Shown here in pieces: positions 1-13,433 of a DNA stretch of 64,000 nt. The translations under genes were made by a program, and so were the position numbers. Source of the DNA: Phoronis australis (Eukaryota > Animalia > Phoronida); NCBI GenBank assembly GCA_002633005.1, contig NMRA01000260.1, positions 199,821 to 263,820 on the forward strand, read 5' to 3'. The notes under the pieces were generated by a model. That model saw only the letters and a program-made list of their open reading frames with translations, was not told the DNA's origin and ran no database searches. The stretch's first letter is position 1. Each line of letters begins with the position of its first letter.

Positions 1-464
1 TGTTTTTTATATTTCCCTCTGTATCTTTAGAATTCCTTGACACATTTCGTGAAATTTGACAAATGAATTACTATCATGTAGACAATAGCATTTGCCTTAT
101 TTCAAATGGATTTGACCTGCGTTGACCCACCTTGTGACATTTCTGATGTTCTACGCTTTTTCGCCTGCCTCTCTAATCTCCAAACTGCTTGAAGATCATT
201 ATAACAACATACGTCAAAGCTGTAATTCTTTAACACCTAAATTAAACTTCACTGAAAAAGAAAGTTGGATAGACAAAAACAAATGGAAAATTTACATCTG
301 TCCCTTTAAGGTTACGTGTAACTCTATTTTACAAGAATAGTATTTTTTTGAAACACCGGTTATGCAGCAAAATATGTGAGCATTTCAAATAAATTTGATT
401 TCATACAAATAGTTGTTGCTTTCTAGTGAAAAACGCCGCTTTTGGAAAGGGTGTCACCAACACC

Positions 465-683
465 CGTTTGTAACAACAACGATGTATTAAGTTGGACTCT
501 TACAACGTAGTGCAGAACCAAAAGCACAGGAACCACACGTTTGTAACAACAACGATGTATTAAGTTAGACTCTTACAACGTAGTGCAGAACCAAAAGCAC
601 AGGAACCACACGTTTGTAACAACAACGATGTATTAAGTTGAACTCTTACAACGTAGGGCAGAACCAAAAAAACAGGAACCACA
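465..683. repeat. 73-bp tandem repeat, 3 copies
   Basis: Unit CGTTTGTAACAACAACGATGTATTAAGTT...CAGGAACCACA starts at 465, 538 and 611 with few substitutions. Confidence 0.95.
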
Positions 684-1717
684 CTTTTGTGTTGTTCTTT
701 ATAATTCTATAACAAAAATTCAACATCATTAATTACGCACTGTGGTCAACCGTTCAAATCTTGATAAGCCTTCTAAACAATCTTTTGATGACAAAGACAT
801 GCTGGAAGCAAACAAGACATATCAAAATCACATAAAACTTACACTTTGGGAGTTGCCACTCTCAAAGTTGTGAATTAAGAAAGTTACGATTTTTAAGTTG
901 GGATCATTCTCTTTAAACTTGTTCTCAAATGTTTGACCATTTTGAGTTTGTGCTATAGACATATTTTTACATATTTTAGAAGAAATAAAGAAAAATGACT
1001 GTTATTACTACTACCCAAACTGTATATGTAACAAACCGAAAGCAAGACTAAGACAGAAATTTTGTTGCAGTAGATGTCGTTTGAACTTCTTTTTATAACA
1101 GAATAAAAATATAATATAATGTAAGTTTTGTGCCAAAAACAAACCCAAAAAGAATTACATTCTTCTATTCACAAAAACACTGTGAGCACTCTACAGGAAT
1201 ATCATCGGCCTTGCCTGGTGAATATGCTCATCCGCTGTCATGGCAACCTTTTACTGGATTTGCAAAATTATCCTCTATTATTGGTAATTATAGCAAAGCT
1301 TTGATAAAGCCCATCAAAAGCATTTACTTTATTCATTTCATTCTTTTATATGTGTTTTATGTAGATTTTATATTGCTTAAGAAGCAGTTTATACGTTCAT
1401 TTGTATTAGTTGCCATGGCAAATGTTTTTGAATTTTCAAAATAGTGGTACTGATTTTGACGTACCACACATAAGTATTTGGTTTCAGTTATTGATTTATG
1501 CAAATTTATTGGATTAGCTTTGCGCTGTTGTTAAAAAAGACTATCTCCATGTTTGTGTACATGAGGTATCTTGGAAACCATTTTTGGATTTTCAAAAGTG
1601 TCCTTTTGGTTATGGCACATCATAAAACAAACAGTGTTTGTTTTTGCCGTTTAAATTCCAAACTGTTTTGTTCGTATGAGCATGTGCAGCTTGCAGTTTT
1701 TACACTTTTGTAATTCC

Positions 1718-2164
1718 AAAATACTTGGTTACCATAGCAATGATGCACGTTCAAGCTTGGCATCTCCCCTAAATTTTAGGGACGGTCACTAAAATGATTT
1801 GATCATGGCTGCCTGTCTTCAACATGACTCCCAACAAGCCTAAAGCTGATGATATTCAACGTTAAAATACCCGATTATCATGATAACGATACCTAATTCT
1901 GCTTAGCAACACCCCTAACTTTTAGGAAAAGTCATTCCAAGTACTTGTATCGAGGTTACCTGCTTCTAACATAAATCTGCCATCAAAGCTGAAATTGTTG
2001 CTTCTGACTGGTAAAATACCTGGTTACCATGACAACGGTTCACATTTCGGCTTGGACCCACCCCCCCCCCCNTTTTCTAAGTACGTTGACCATGGTTGAC
2101 GGTTGACGGCTTCTAACATGACTTTGCCATCACTCTGGCCGGCTGACTACTGTTAAAAAATACC
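1718..2164. repeat. Diverged ~146-bp tandem repeat, about 3 units
   Basis: Units begin AAAATAC at about 1718, 1864, 2013 and 2157. They share GTTACCATRRCAA-like, CCCCTAA-TTTTAGG and CTTCTAACAT blocks. Confidence 0.7.
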
Positions 2165-5137
2165 AAACATGTATGAAGAATTTAATAGTCTTCGGAAAGA
2201 TGGTTACAAATTTTTGTCCATCAATGTAATTAAATTTATGTATTACTCCACCATATTTGATTTGTTATATTCCATTCATTGATTCTGTAATTATGTCATG
2301 TAAAAAACTTACAGAGAAAGAAAATTAATAAGTCGTTCAAATCATAGTTTTACAGCAGTGCCTTTTTGACACCTGTTGTGATCTCAGTTTACATTTCACT
2401 TTAGAGAAGCTTCCATAATTAGAAACATTTTTAAAACGGGAAAAACGAATGCCGGGGCTGTGAGTTAACGGCCATTATACACTGAGCAATGTCGAAGCAT
2501 TTGGAGATGGGGAATTAAGTGGGAAGCGACCTCTCATAGAAAAGGACTGAAAGACGTATTTTACATTGTAATGTAACAAGGTTATCTATTTTGTAGAAGT
2601 AAAAAAAAATTACTTAAAGGGACTATTAATATCAGATTGATAACCAGCTACAAAACAACAAATCCGTTCTATTTTTGAGATTTTATTACAAAATGCCAAT
2701 TTGCATTTGTCTACCACACACTAACTAAACTCAAAGCCGGTGAGTGTACTCATTAAGTACACTTAAAATACTTTGCTATTTATCTGATGACACTTATCTC
2801 TCCCATTGGTTTTTTAAACTGCGGGATTCTAGTTAAGACTGATCACAAAAGAATCACTTTTCCCGCCAATAATGTCCCCATTTTCCATGCAACGGATCAC
2901 TCCGCAGTTTAAAAGGGTACTAAACCCTGTTTTAACTTAAAGCTATTTACTACGATCAGGTCACTTACATCACACCTGTAATCCTCGCTAACGCTCCAAA
3001 GTTCGGAGCAAGTGGCAAAACTGTTAAATTTGCAAGCACGACCAGCGTATAGTTGAGTTGATTGATGGTCATCTCGAACCGTAGAATCCACTTTGCGACA
3101 CATCTAGGAAGCGTTTCAATAAAGAAACTACTAACTTTAAAATTAATTCATCAAAATTAAATGTATTGTATGTTTTCGATGCATGAGCATGTTTCTGAAA
3201 CCGTGAACCTGCGCTACTTAAATAGCCGGTTTCGTACTTTTATAAAACCGTGTACTCTCACCGCAAAAAATCTTACATGCAACAAATGGTCACACACGTA
3301 CATGTATGAATTTATTATGTCCATTTTGTCCAAAGACCGAGTGGAGTTCATCGATTGTTGCATCGAGAAGATTTGCCTCTTCAGTATTTGTTTATTTAAA
3401 TGTTAACTTTGCTGCGACTTCAGCTTGAAGTAATTAGCGCTGTTTGAATCTTTAACACTCATCGGGCACTGACTGCCTCGAATGCACGAGTCCACAGTTT
3501 AGAGTTAGGCAGGCGTAGCGCATGCGCAATCGCGTGGTCAATAGACAACTAGGTAGACATCTTTATGGAGATCCATCAATAACATGCAAATTTCTCTTAA
3601 AAAAACAAGTAAACGGCAAAAAAACGCTTGATAATGTTGCGGTTGTTTGGACACACAGCCTTTCAGATTATTCTTGAGGTTAGCTTTTATTTCTTCTCTC
3701 ATCAACCGATGCCCGGGTGATTGGTGATTGTAATACTTGCGATTACACTGACTGGTATCAATGCTTCTACTCAAATAAGTTTTCTTTGTATCGAGGGCTA
3801 ATGCCCCTTTCACACATTACGGTTCGATAATCCGCTATGAATGTTGCCCAAGTGACGGCAAAAACCCCACGAACGCAGTGACAGCAAACGCAGCAGTAAA
3901 CGCAGCCTTTGGGGTTGAAATCACGGAAGGCCGCAGATAGCCGGTGACGATGCAAAGCCGCCCATGCTATCACGGAAGCCCCGATTTCAACACGACTTCA
4001 TCTAAGGTTAAATAAATTCCCTTAGATCGGTCATTGTGTCTCATCTCCCCAAAATCTTGTGAATGTACCTTGGAGGCCCATTTAAACATTTTTGTCGATG
4101 CAGACAGCGGTTCGTGACATCGCGACAATTTACCACACATCACTGAGGAACCTACCCAATTGACATGAATCCGCAAACAATCGTCTTGGTGGTTTGAAAT
4201 GGACCTTAATAACAGTACGTATATGTGCTGGTTTTGCTTGACAGTTTTGCAAGCAAGGTTTTCCATGAAATTCTAAGGAATGTCCTACGTCCACATTTGT
4301 TCCGAGACATACCTGGATTGTAGAGAAATCACCCACTGTTCTTTTCACATGGCCTTAGCAGTCCCAAATTATGAAGATTTGTCGTTAATTAACGCCACTT
4401 AAAAATGCAGAACAGACAAATTTTCTTATAAACGTCTTGCTCCAAAACAAAAGGTCAAATATCTAGATGCTGACGTAAGTGCCACTGGGCCCCTCCATTA
4501 GAAACTAATTGTTTAAAATACAAAATCATTACAAAAACCAACACTTAGTTTTCAACTTCAGGGGTTTCCGAATCGATGCTAAATCCATATATCATCCTGG
4601 TACATTACTAAGCGTTCCAGCAATCTTCTGTTTGCCATCACGATTCGCAGTTCAATTACCTACCACGCTTCAAAGAGTTCCTTAAACCGATACTAGAGAA
4701 GCAAAACCTAACGTATCCACTTTGTCCAATTTTCATCGTATTGTTTGCGTTTAAACTCATTCCAACCTAGTTTTTCACTAGGAATTCATTTTCAAGAAAG
4801 CAAATACTCATTTCGAAAAGCATAAGTTTTAGTGCACTATATTATTTACTGCCGTGAAGTTGTCGATAATGTGGTGATCGATTGCCCTAGTCCATACAAA
4901 AAGACCTTTAGTTAGATTAGCGGTTCTGACAAACGGGCTTCATGACGAAAGCGGCTCCAGTACATATGTATTGACGAAGTACACGGGACGTGAAATTGTC
5001 CACGTTTCTAATGTGTGGATGAATACTCAGAGCGGACTACGCAACTCGATTAATTCCACGGAGGAAAGCACGCGTTATATCGTTTGCTTTATTGAACATT
5101 GTAACTACCAACGGAAAGCGTGAAAGCAAACTTAGGG

Positions 5138-5776
5138 CAGGTATCACGGTAAATATGTTTCCCTGGTAAATAAGTTGCCCATTAAATAGAAGTTCCCTGA
5201 AATATTCCTTTATGGATTGGACATGAAAACTTCTTGAATTATATCCTTGAATTTTTTCCGCAACATTGTATCATATTCATTACGCCACATCTTAAATGTC
5301 AATTGTCATATAGTGTTTGATTTTACTTTTTTCTGTTTCTGTTGACGAGGGATGTTATTATATCCGAAAATTTCAGTTGATCCATTCTTGTTGTTCTATT
5401 TACATATTGCACAATTAAGTAAATGGGTGTTGTTCATAAATGATTGGCTTGTTTAATTTGTTACCTCATTGTTAAATAATTTTATGTTCGTAATTTCTTG
5501 CTTTTCGAAGTTTCTTGGGTAATCTATATACCTTGGCATGATCTTGGACAGAGAGAGGTCAGAGCAGAGTGTTCGTTAGGTTTTGAACTCATCGTTTCAC
5601 TTATTACTTGTTTGATGCAAAACGAATCACTGCAATAGATTGATACTGGCAAATACTGACTTAATCACAGGAAAAATTTAACATATCTTTGAATGAGGAG
5701 TAGATCTAAGTTCACTCATCCCCAGAACAGTCAAAAAAACTTATTTACCAGGGAAACGTATTTACCGTGACATCGG
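5138..5776. mobile_element. MITE / non-autonomous DNA transposon with ~35-bp TIRs
   Basis: TCACGGTAAATATGTTTCCCTGGTAAATAAGTT at the left end is the near reverse complement of AACTTATTTACCAGGGAAACGTATTTACCGTGA at the right end. The interior is non-coding. Confidence 0.8.
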
Positions 5777-6847
5777 ATTTAAAAAGGGTTCAAAGGGGAC
5801 CATTACTCGGGGCCCCCTCTTCAGGAGCGTTTTATCATTAACCAGTATGTAACTAAGAAAGTGTGACAACTGATTCCATAATCTCGTCCCTTTTTCAGAC
5901 AGAACATATAATTCCACAAAAAAGAAAACGAACATCAATAACTGGTTATATATTGGGGCCCCTCCTGGAACGGATCCTCTTCAGACAAAAAGGTCTATAA
6001 TTAAAAGCAGCACAATAGTAACAGATGATGTCGTGTTAATATGAAAGGATATATGGTAGTAAAAGAACAAACAAGGGAGCATCGCGTCCCCGTCCAACAG
6101 GAGGTCCGACATCACTGCAAAGATCTATGGACAACATAAACATTAAATTCGATACCTTGCATTCCCTAGAATTGTTCTTTTTAATTTTAATCCCTGATAA
6201 ATTTGCGCTGCAAAGTTATGCATTTCAAATTTTTTCAGACATTTAAAAGTAAAGATAAAGTGTACAACTTCAAGTAGGTTCCAGGAAAGAGTAAAGGTTG
6301 GCTGATCCCTGCACCTACAACGTCTTTTGTACGGATAGCTGCGGGGTGTTTTACATATATCGGAGTGCCGCCATGTGTATCCGTTTTAGCAGTCTGAATG
6401 TACTGTCTCTTAATTCGCCTAAATACAAATAGTGGTTTTGGGATGAAATCTTGCTGGTTTGGTACATTTTTGGTCATTTTTGTAAGTAACCGGTTACACT
6501 TCCGGTATTCGTAAAAGATGGAAACTGGTTTGACTTCGGAAGAAGTTTCAGTAGACTGTGTGCAGATTTTTGAAATCTTTGGCCCAGCTTATTCTGCATA
6601 TTTTCAGGTTTTGTACACCCTGTGGAACAGACTGCTGGAGCTGCCAATGCAGGATTTTTTAAGCAAAGGTTCTTAAATACCATCAGTGACTGAAACTCAC
6701 ACATGCGCAGATAACGTTCATTTCCGAGGGAAAATTTCAGGCTACGAAAACGTCTTCTGGTGTCCCGAATGATTTCAAATAGACACAGGGACTCTTCTGT
6801 TCGTCTTTAGTCCCGCCTACACACAGATTTACATTAGAAAAACATGG

Positions 6848-7129
6848 ACTAGAGCAACTTGCCCCACTTTAAGTTGAGCGTCAACACACATATATCCGAT
6901 AAGTGGCGTAAGCCAGAAGTTATTGCTGACAATGAACAGCTGATGCGAATACAGCTCGAAAAAGAAGGCCTATCTGTATGTAACCGCAGTTGATACATGG
7001 AATTATTTTCGCCTTCCCCCAGATATGCGGCCAGATAGCGATCAGAAGTGCCGCAAGTTACCCTAGAACAAGTTACCCCACCTCCATAAGGTGGAGTAAG
7101 TTGTCACAAGTGGGGTAAGTTGCACTAGT
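6848..7129. mobile_element. Short inverted-repeat element (MITE-like)
   Basis: ACTAGAGCAACTTGCCCCACTT pairs with AAGTGGGGTAAGTTGCACTAGT. Further internal copies of the AGTTACCCCAC motif are present. Confidence 0.55.
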
Positions 7130-7919
7130 TTAAATAGCGTCCAGACTGCATACTCACCAAAGCTAGCGACAACTCTTTCCAGGAATAACTCGTTCTGGAG
7201 TAATTCTGGGTGTGGGCAAAAAAAGTTTCCAAAACGACGATGCTTGATTAATTTCTCCTTTTGTGCTACGTCTCATTTTTATTCAATGAGACATACCCTT
7301 CGTGTTGTCTGCGCAAATTATAATGCATGTTTCTAAGCCACTCAAACTGTGTCTCAAAACTTTCAAGTCCGCTATCACGACAAAAAATAATTTCCGTCCT
7401 CCCCGTCAAGTGTGGGCGATTTCTCAGTTCCTTTTGACAGAAGAAGCCAATCGCTGTTGTTGCAAGGAAAGCTTTGAGACGAGTAACAGGCTTTTCATGC
7501 TTCAGCCGCATGCTGGAATAAAATGCTCTTTAATTTGTCTGAAAGGCAAAAATGGTAAAAGTGATAAGTTTCACTTTTTATTTAAAAAAATAATTACTAT
7601 ATTTCTATTGCATTCCTTATCAAAATAAATGGACAGATAGATATTTAATACTCAAGTTACTCGGAGTACGGCAGTAAATAAATGGTTACTAGATTACGAA
7701 TAAATTTCACGCAAGGAATAGTAGAGTCGTCCATTTATTAACGGCACAAAATTAATATTATAGAATACAAATGGCATGATGGGTTAGCTACACCAAATTA
7801 AATCAATACAAAACAGACTGAGAACATTACACAAGAAATGTAGTGGTTAGTCCAAAAGAAATATAAATGAGATCAATGGGAGATTTGATATCTGCCTGAA
7901 CTACAAAACATTAATAGTA

Positions 7920-8150
7920 GATTTGTGAACCTTCCAGTGAAAACTACAATTTATGAATTAGGTGTTTGTTCACAAGTGTCTTGAAAGATTCCGTGTCGAT
8001 TGCTTCCTGAGAGTACAACGAAAAATGATTGGCAGTATGAAAAATATTTTCGATTGAAAGATTGTAAAGTGTAAAATTTGTGGCTCTTCTAGCGATATGC
8101 ATTATGAGAATTGATGAACGCTAAAATTCCTTAGGCGTACGTAAGGCACA
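7920..8150 (-). mobile_element. Decayed 3' end of a CR1/L2-type LINE
   Basis: The minus strand reads LP...QEAIDTESFKTLVNKHL*, which resembles the LP...FK..L C-terminus of CR1/L2 ORF2. Heavily degenerate. Confidence 0.35.
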
Positions 8151-8429
8151 TGTACGGTAGTTTAAATTGATTAAAACACACTACAGACGCCCGCCGTTGT
8201 ATTAGGCATTGGGAACAGTAATTGAAAAATATAGGCTTCCTCAGAACAAAAGTAACCAAATGACAATCAAAATTTCTTTTCCACCCACGAAACTCCACAA
8301 AGGATTATCATGGTAGTTATAAAAATAAATGCTAGAAGTCGCTATCCCAAAGAATGCACTCGTTAGACCACTTTGTTTATGAGACTACTTTTATGACACA
8401 TATAAACTTGAATTCGAGGATTAAAGTTG

Positions 8430-8980
8430 TCTATCAGCCTAATACACCCTTTGTTCGTGAGGGCACCAATTTGGTTGATGGACACTTCTCAGAGAATCAG
8501 GGCCTGTGAAGCACCTCAATTGGAGACTGTGAGACTGCCAACATGCTGGCATACTCAGATAACAAGACCGTTGCTTCGTCACAGCACGAAAGAAGGAAGT
8601 TAAAGTACACGATCTTATCTTCGAACCACCGACACAGCAAAACATGTTTGCATCTGCAGCGAGAGCTTACGATTGATTGGAATCCTGAATGGAATAGCTT
8701 AATATCCTTAAATATGTTTTTTGTGCTGATGCTCTACAGTGTCCCAGCTCCTGATTACATTTTTGAATGGATATTTTAGCCCATCATAGCATCCATAGTC
8801 ATCGCATATTCATTTTCATGAGATGTAGCAAGTCAACTTTGTGCAGGATCTTGATATTACTCACATCCTGCTGACGTTGATAATTGAACCTGTGGCTTCA
8901 AATTTGTGCATTCAACAACAAACCCGACTTTTATGGTGCTAGTTGTTTTGTACGAAATTCTGCCTGTATAATCTTACTTC
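8430..8980 (-). pseudogene. Decayed hAT-superfamily transposase fragment
   Basis: Across several minus-strand frames, in hAT order: VGFVVECTNL, then ATG (Ala-Thr-Gly), GCYDG, LTSFFRAVTKQR and LRSVHQPNW. These resemble FLGFV, GQxYDGA, FFxxSxKR and TRW. Many stops and frameshifts. Confidence 0.35.
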
Positions 8981-11900
8981 GACATATTAAAATGATACCG
9001 AACCCGGTTTTGTCCTATTAACAGATGCTAACAAAAAAAATTAAAAACTTTCCCATCCTGTTCTCTGAAACAAAGTAATGCTCTGTAACTTTCAACAACA
9101 CTCAAAAGTTTGGAAGAAAAGTTGAAAACTCCTTTCAAAGTCATCTAAACAAGCAAGCGTGACCTACGCTTTTAGCGAATTACACGGCAAATGTGGGGAA
9201 GACACCCAGCAAAGACTTTAATGTGCAATCTGTGACAATAGGGAGTATACGTTTTTAGTTGATTCTTGCCTTTAAGATGGAAGATCGACTCCCAAAAATG
9301 CATCAGCAGGTGACAGGACAAGGATTCGCTGAAATCATAAGTAGTTGCATAATTATTTTTCTCCAGTTGTTCTCAATTTTTGTATAACGATTATTAATTG
9401 TTATGGTCTCATGTTTTTACATTTGAAAAAAGTAGAACGAAAGCTTTGGTAACGGGCGAAGTATTAGAACTGACATGGGTTGCACGAATCACAAGCCTAG
9501 TTAATCAGCATTCGACAAGTTTCGTTAAAGCCAGTAACAAACAACTAGTTTCGGTACTTAATGGATCAGTTTTTTCTTATGCCAAGTTTTGATAATACAT
9601 TTCCAAAATATTTTTGCATCAACATGTTTGGGCTGGTTGTCCATTCGTTTTCCATTGATACACACATCTTGGTGTTCCTTCTTTTACTGACTCGTGAGAT
9701 AACATATTTCAACCTTTGCTCACGTATAAGCTGTTATGGACTAAAAGGACACCTTGTTTCATGCGATACCTTTGACTGTCGTTGTCTACTGTTTCATTTT
9801 GCAGTAGCTGAAAAACAAAATAACATATAAGTCGACCATTTTCCAAAATGGCAGAAGTATATTAGTGTTGTTAATTTATCTTGAACAAATTAACTTTGAA
9901 TTTTCTAAAGCATGATCTAAATTCATTTCTAGTTAGACATCTGTTAACTTTAGATTGCACATTGACGCGGATGCGACACAAGTTCTTAAATACACTTCGG
10001 GCGGTTTACTTAAGATGACACAACTCAAGATCTTTTTAAGTTTTAACGACTAATATTAGTATGTATTCAGAATCATGCAACAAATCTTTGTGTAGCGGAA
10101 TTTGTAGCACCACGGATGTATAGTAATGCAGACCGGTATTTCTATTTTTTGTTTGAACAATAATAGGGTGACGATTGAGAAGCATGGAAATTTCACTCAT
10201 CTTTATGCATAAAACTAAATGCATGAATTTTAGTTCAGGAATCCTCGTCTTCAGGCGTCTTCATCAAGATGTTGACAGCCTGCAGTTTCGGCGGTTCTGA
10301 GTGGGACGTGCCGTATTGCGCGCGGCGTATAAAACGCGTTGAAATGAACAAAAAAAAGCATCTGAAACGTCAGATTTTTTCTGACATTGTTCACGCTGTG
10401 GCAGAATATTCACCAGTGCGTAGTTGACGCACGTCCAGTGATTCGCAATCACTGACGATTTTTAAGATGTGCACTTGACATGAACGCAGTTGAAATTTTC
10501 TTCCGTCTAATGTCTATCGCATCATTGCGACTCGAACAAAGGCTGGTGGTTAATTTGCATTTTTAAGACTTTCTCACGGTGGAAAGGAAATCAGTTTGTT
10601 TTAAAACGGTTGATCAACCGGCAGTCAATATTAAGAGCGAGTGGTGAGACATGGCAAATTCGCAACACGTCAGTTGTAAACAAAAGCCGCGAAAAGAGTT
10701 TCAACAAAATAAGGGAAACCTATTTCATTAAGAGCCAAAGAACAATGGATGCCGTTTCTAATATTCTTTTTAAAAATAGATTTTATATCATGTGTCAATC
10801 GAGCAGTGATAATCACATTGACCCAACTGATGGAGATATTCTATTGGCCCACTGGGGTTGACTCAAGAACCTCAACACACTCCGGATATGGCTGGACGCG
10901 TTTCTCGGTTCTTTGTAGAAAAAATATCCATCAAAAGCTTAAGAGCTTGCTATTTGTCTTTCTTCAGCGTTTAATTTACACTATGCAGGTGGCAAGCGGT
11001 TCTTTTTTGAGAAGAATCAAGGAACAAACCCGAGGAGAGATCTTATTGGTCGAGGTGGTGAGTTCCACAATCACTGCTGTAGACAGCTGCTTTCCCGTAG
11101 CACAGCGACGCAATATGTTCAGAAAACAGCTCATCAGAAAGTCATAAAGCATTGAAAAACATCTATTCATAGTCTGAAACACGACTGACACACGCTCGAA
11201 TCGAATAAGGCTATTCATGTCGCGAAGCAAGCACGCTTTTCGTGGACAGATGGGAAATCCGATCACTAATTTCTATCACTTTCTTTACTTTCCCGGCCAC
11301 ATTATGAATTGATGTACATTTATATTATACCAGCATAACGGTTATTACTTTTTATGTGAGTTAAAAGTAACGAACAAATTATATAACCCTTTTATTTGCG
11401 AAATTACGAAAGGTTTTCAGAGCGCTAGGGGGCGTGTTAAAATGCGCGTTGGAGTTGAAGCGCTTAAGTATGCTATACACAATGATAATAAAACCTGCGT
11501 AGATGCTTTTCAGTGTTAACTGGACGAGATACATCCAATTAATTACTTTTGCCGCACTGCGATCCCGTTTCTCAAACGCGAAAGCTAAAAACGCTCCAAA
11601 ACAACTACCAAAGTTTTTTCAAAAGTTTTCAATTTGTGCGCGCTTAGTTCGCGCAGACTCAGTGAGTCAATTTGAGAACTAACAAAGAGACAGCAATTTA
11701 GTCTTTGTCATACGGCATTTAAGCGGAACATAGCAGGCATTTTCCTTTGGCTAAGCGCGATAATCTTTCAAGATTCATTCCTTGGAACGGATCAGATTTA
11801 TTTAACAACTTTGAAAAATTTAAGTTTTAAAAATATGTACCTTGCGTTCTTTGCGCTTTATTTCCTTGTTATTAGGATTTCGAACTTGCCAAATTACGTT

Positions 11901-13389
11901 ATTGTCGCCGACATTGCTTTTAACTCGACGCCTCGTCTTAATGTGTAATATGTAAGCTCTTAGTCTTTTTGGTTGGAAGTTTCATTCTAGATGAAAATGG
12001 TTGTGAAACTAAATTGAGACTAGCCTATCATTTGTGGCAGTCAATAATTAAAACAATGTGATTTGCTTTTAATAGAAATTAAATATTTACTTTAAGTCTG
12101 TTAGCGTATATGTCAAGAGTATTTTTAGGAATGCGGAGTAGATTGGACGTACACCAATTGCTACTAGTTGGACGCTTTCAGACGAGTAATTTATGCGAAA
12201 ACCTGAATCGGTCAAAAGACGCTCTGTTAGTGACCCTACGGTCAAATACAGGACAATTAAATAATATTTTACATGCCATAAAACTAAAAAATGTCTACAA
12301 ACTCAAAGGGATTGTGTTCAATTGGCAAATTTTTAAAGACATTAGTTGACGGTCTTCAACAATGTTCTTTTGTTGCCTATTGTAATATAGATATACTTGT
12401 AATATTCACTTGATTTACAGAATGTATCGTTATTATAACCACAATATCACAAAATATCTGTTTAAGATTTTCGTTCAGAGCATGAAGTTTAACACGTGTG
12501 ATAATCCTAGTCTTCGGGAGTGTTGTTTTTGTACGTGATGATGTGGACAATCTCATTTTACTGGTGCACAAGAGAAATTCTGAGTGAGCATGCGCGAATA
12601 ATACCTTGCGTGAAAGGAAACAATAAGTGTAAAATGGCATTGTGCTTATAGTAAAGACACAACTTGTTTGAGACTAATTGGCACCGAAAACAAATGTGTT
12701 CAAATTGCAGAGATGTTTCCATTGAAATCATATTCAAGGCGTTCGATTAAAAACAATATTGGATTTTTAGCGGTGACGAAAACTGCGCGACGAGTTCAGG
12801 AATTTCAAAGCTTGTCTTATCAAAGTAAAAATACTTGCTGTGTATTAGTTAACTTTACATGGCTCAGTACGTGTTGGTTTTGGATATTTCTCACGACAAA
12901 TACTAATCGACCACAGCTAATGTGTGCTATGTTTGCAGTAATGACTAAATTTTTGCACCACCAAACTGTCGTTACACAAAATGTCTCTTGTAACAGAAAG
13001 CGGGTAAAACCTTCGGGAAGGTTTTCATTTTCGTAAGTCGTATGATTGACACTCCACAGCTTGTAATCTTTTTAAACCATTGAAAGAAGACGTAAAATTA
13101 ATGTCAACAATGAATTCTACGTCGTAAAAATGTAAAAATGCGTTCAGTGGTTTGTTTTTGTATTACGTGCAATCCGCTGCAACCGAGTTTTATTTTGCCT
13201 TTCCTGTGCAGCAGCAAGACTGAAACGTGCTTTATGATTTCCAGTATTTCAACGGAATATTTCAAAAGCACAATAAGATCTGCATTGCCTAGCCAAGGAA
13301 AAAGAAGTGTCATTCTATTACTCGACAACAAAGATGGCGAAATTTTGAGTCGGAGGGTACTGGTTACGTAGGCCTAATATAGGTGACCA

Positions 13390-13433
13390 GTGTTAACGCC
13401 TAGACTAGTGTTAACTAGTCTGGGCGTTAACAC
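13390..13433. repeat. 44-bp near-perfect palindrome (20-bp arms)
   Basis: GTGTTAACGCCTAGACTAGT-GTTA-ACTAGTCTGGGCGTTAACAC, with one mismatch. Confidence 0.9.

Noticed and set aside
465-683. Regular repeats (also 15528-15618 and 28292-28375) as CRISPR-like arrays
   Set aside because: The units are head-to-tail with no unique spacers, the context is eukaryotic, and there are no cas genes.
10264-13371. Several 60-130 aa ORFs in a CpG-richer region as a hidden gene
   Set aside because: No recognisable domain, the ORFs overlap on both strands, and no consistent splice chain could be built.
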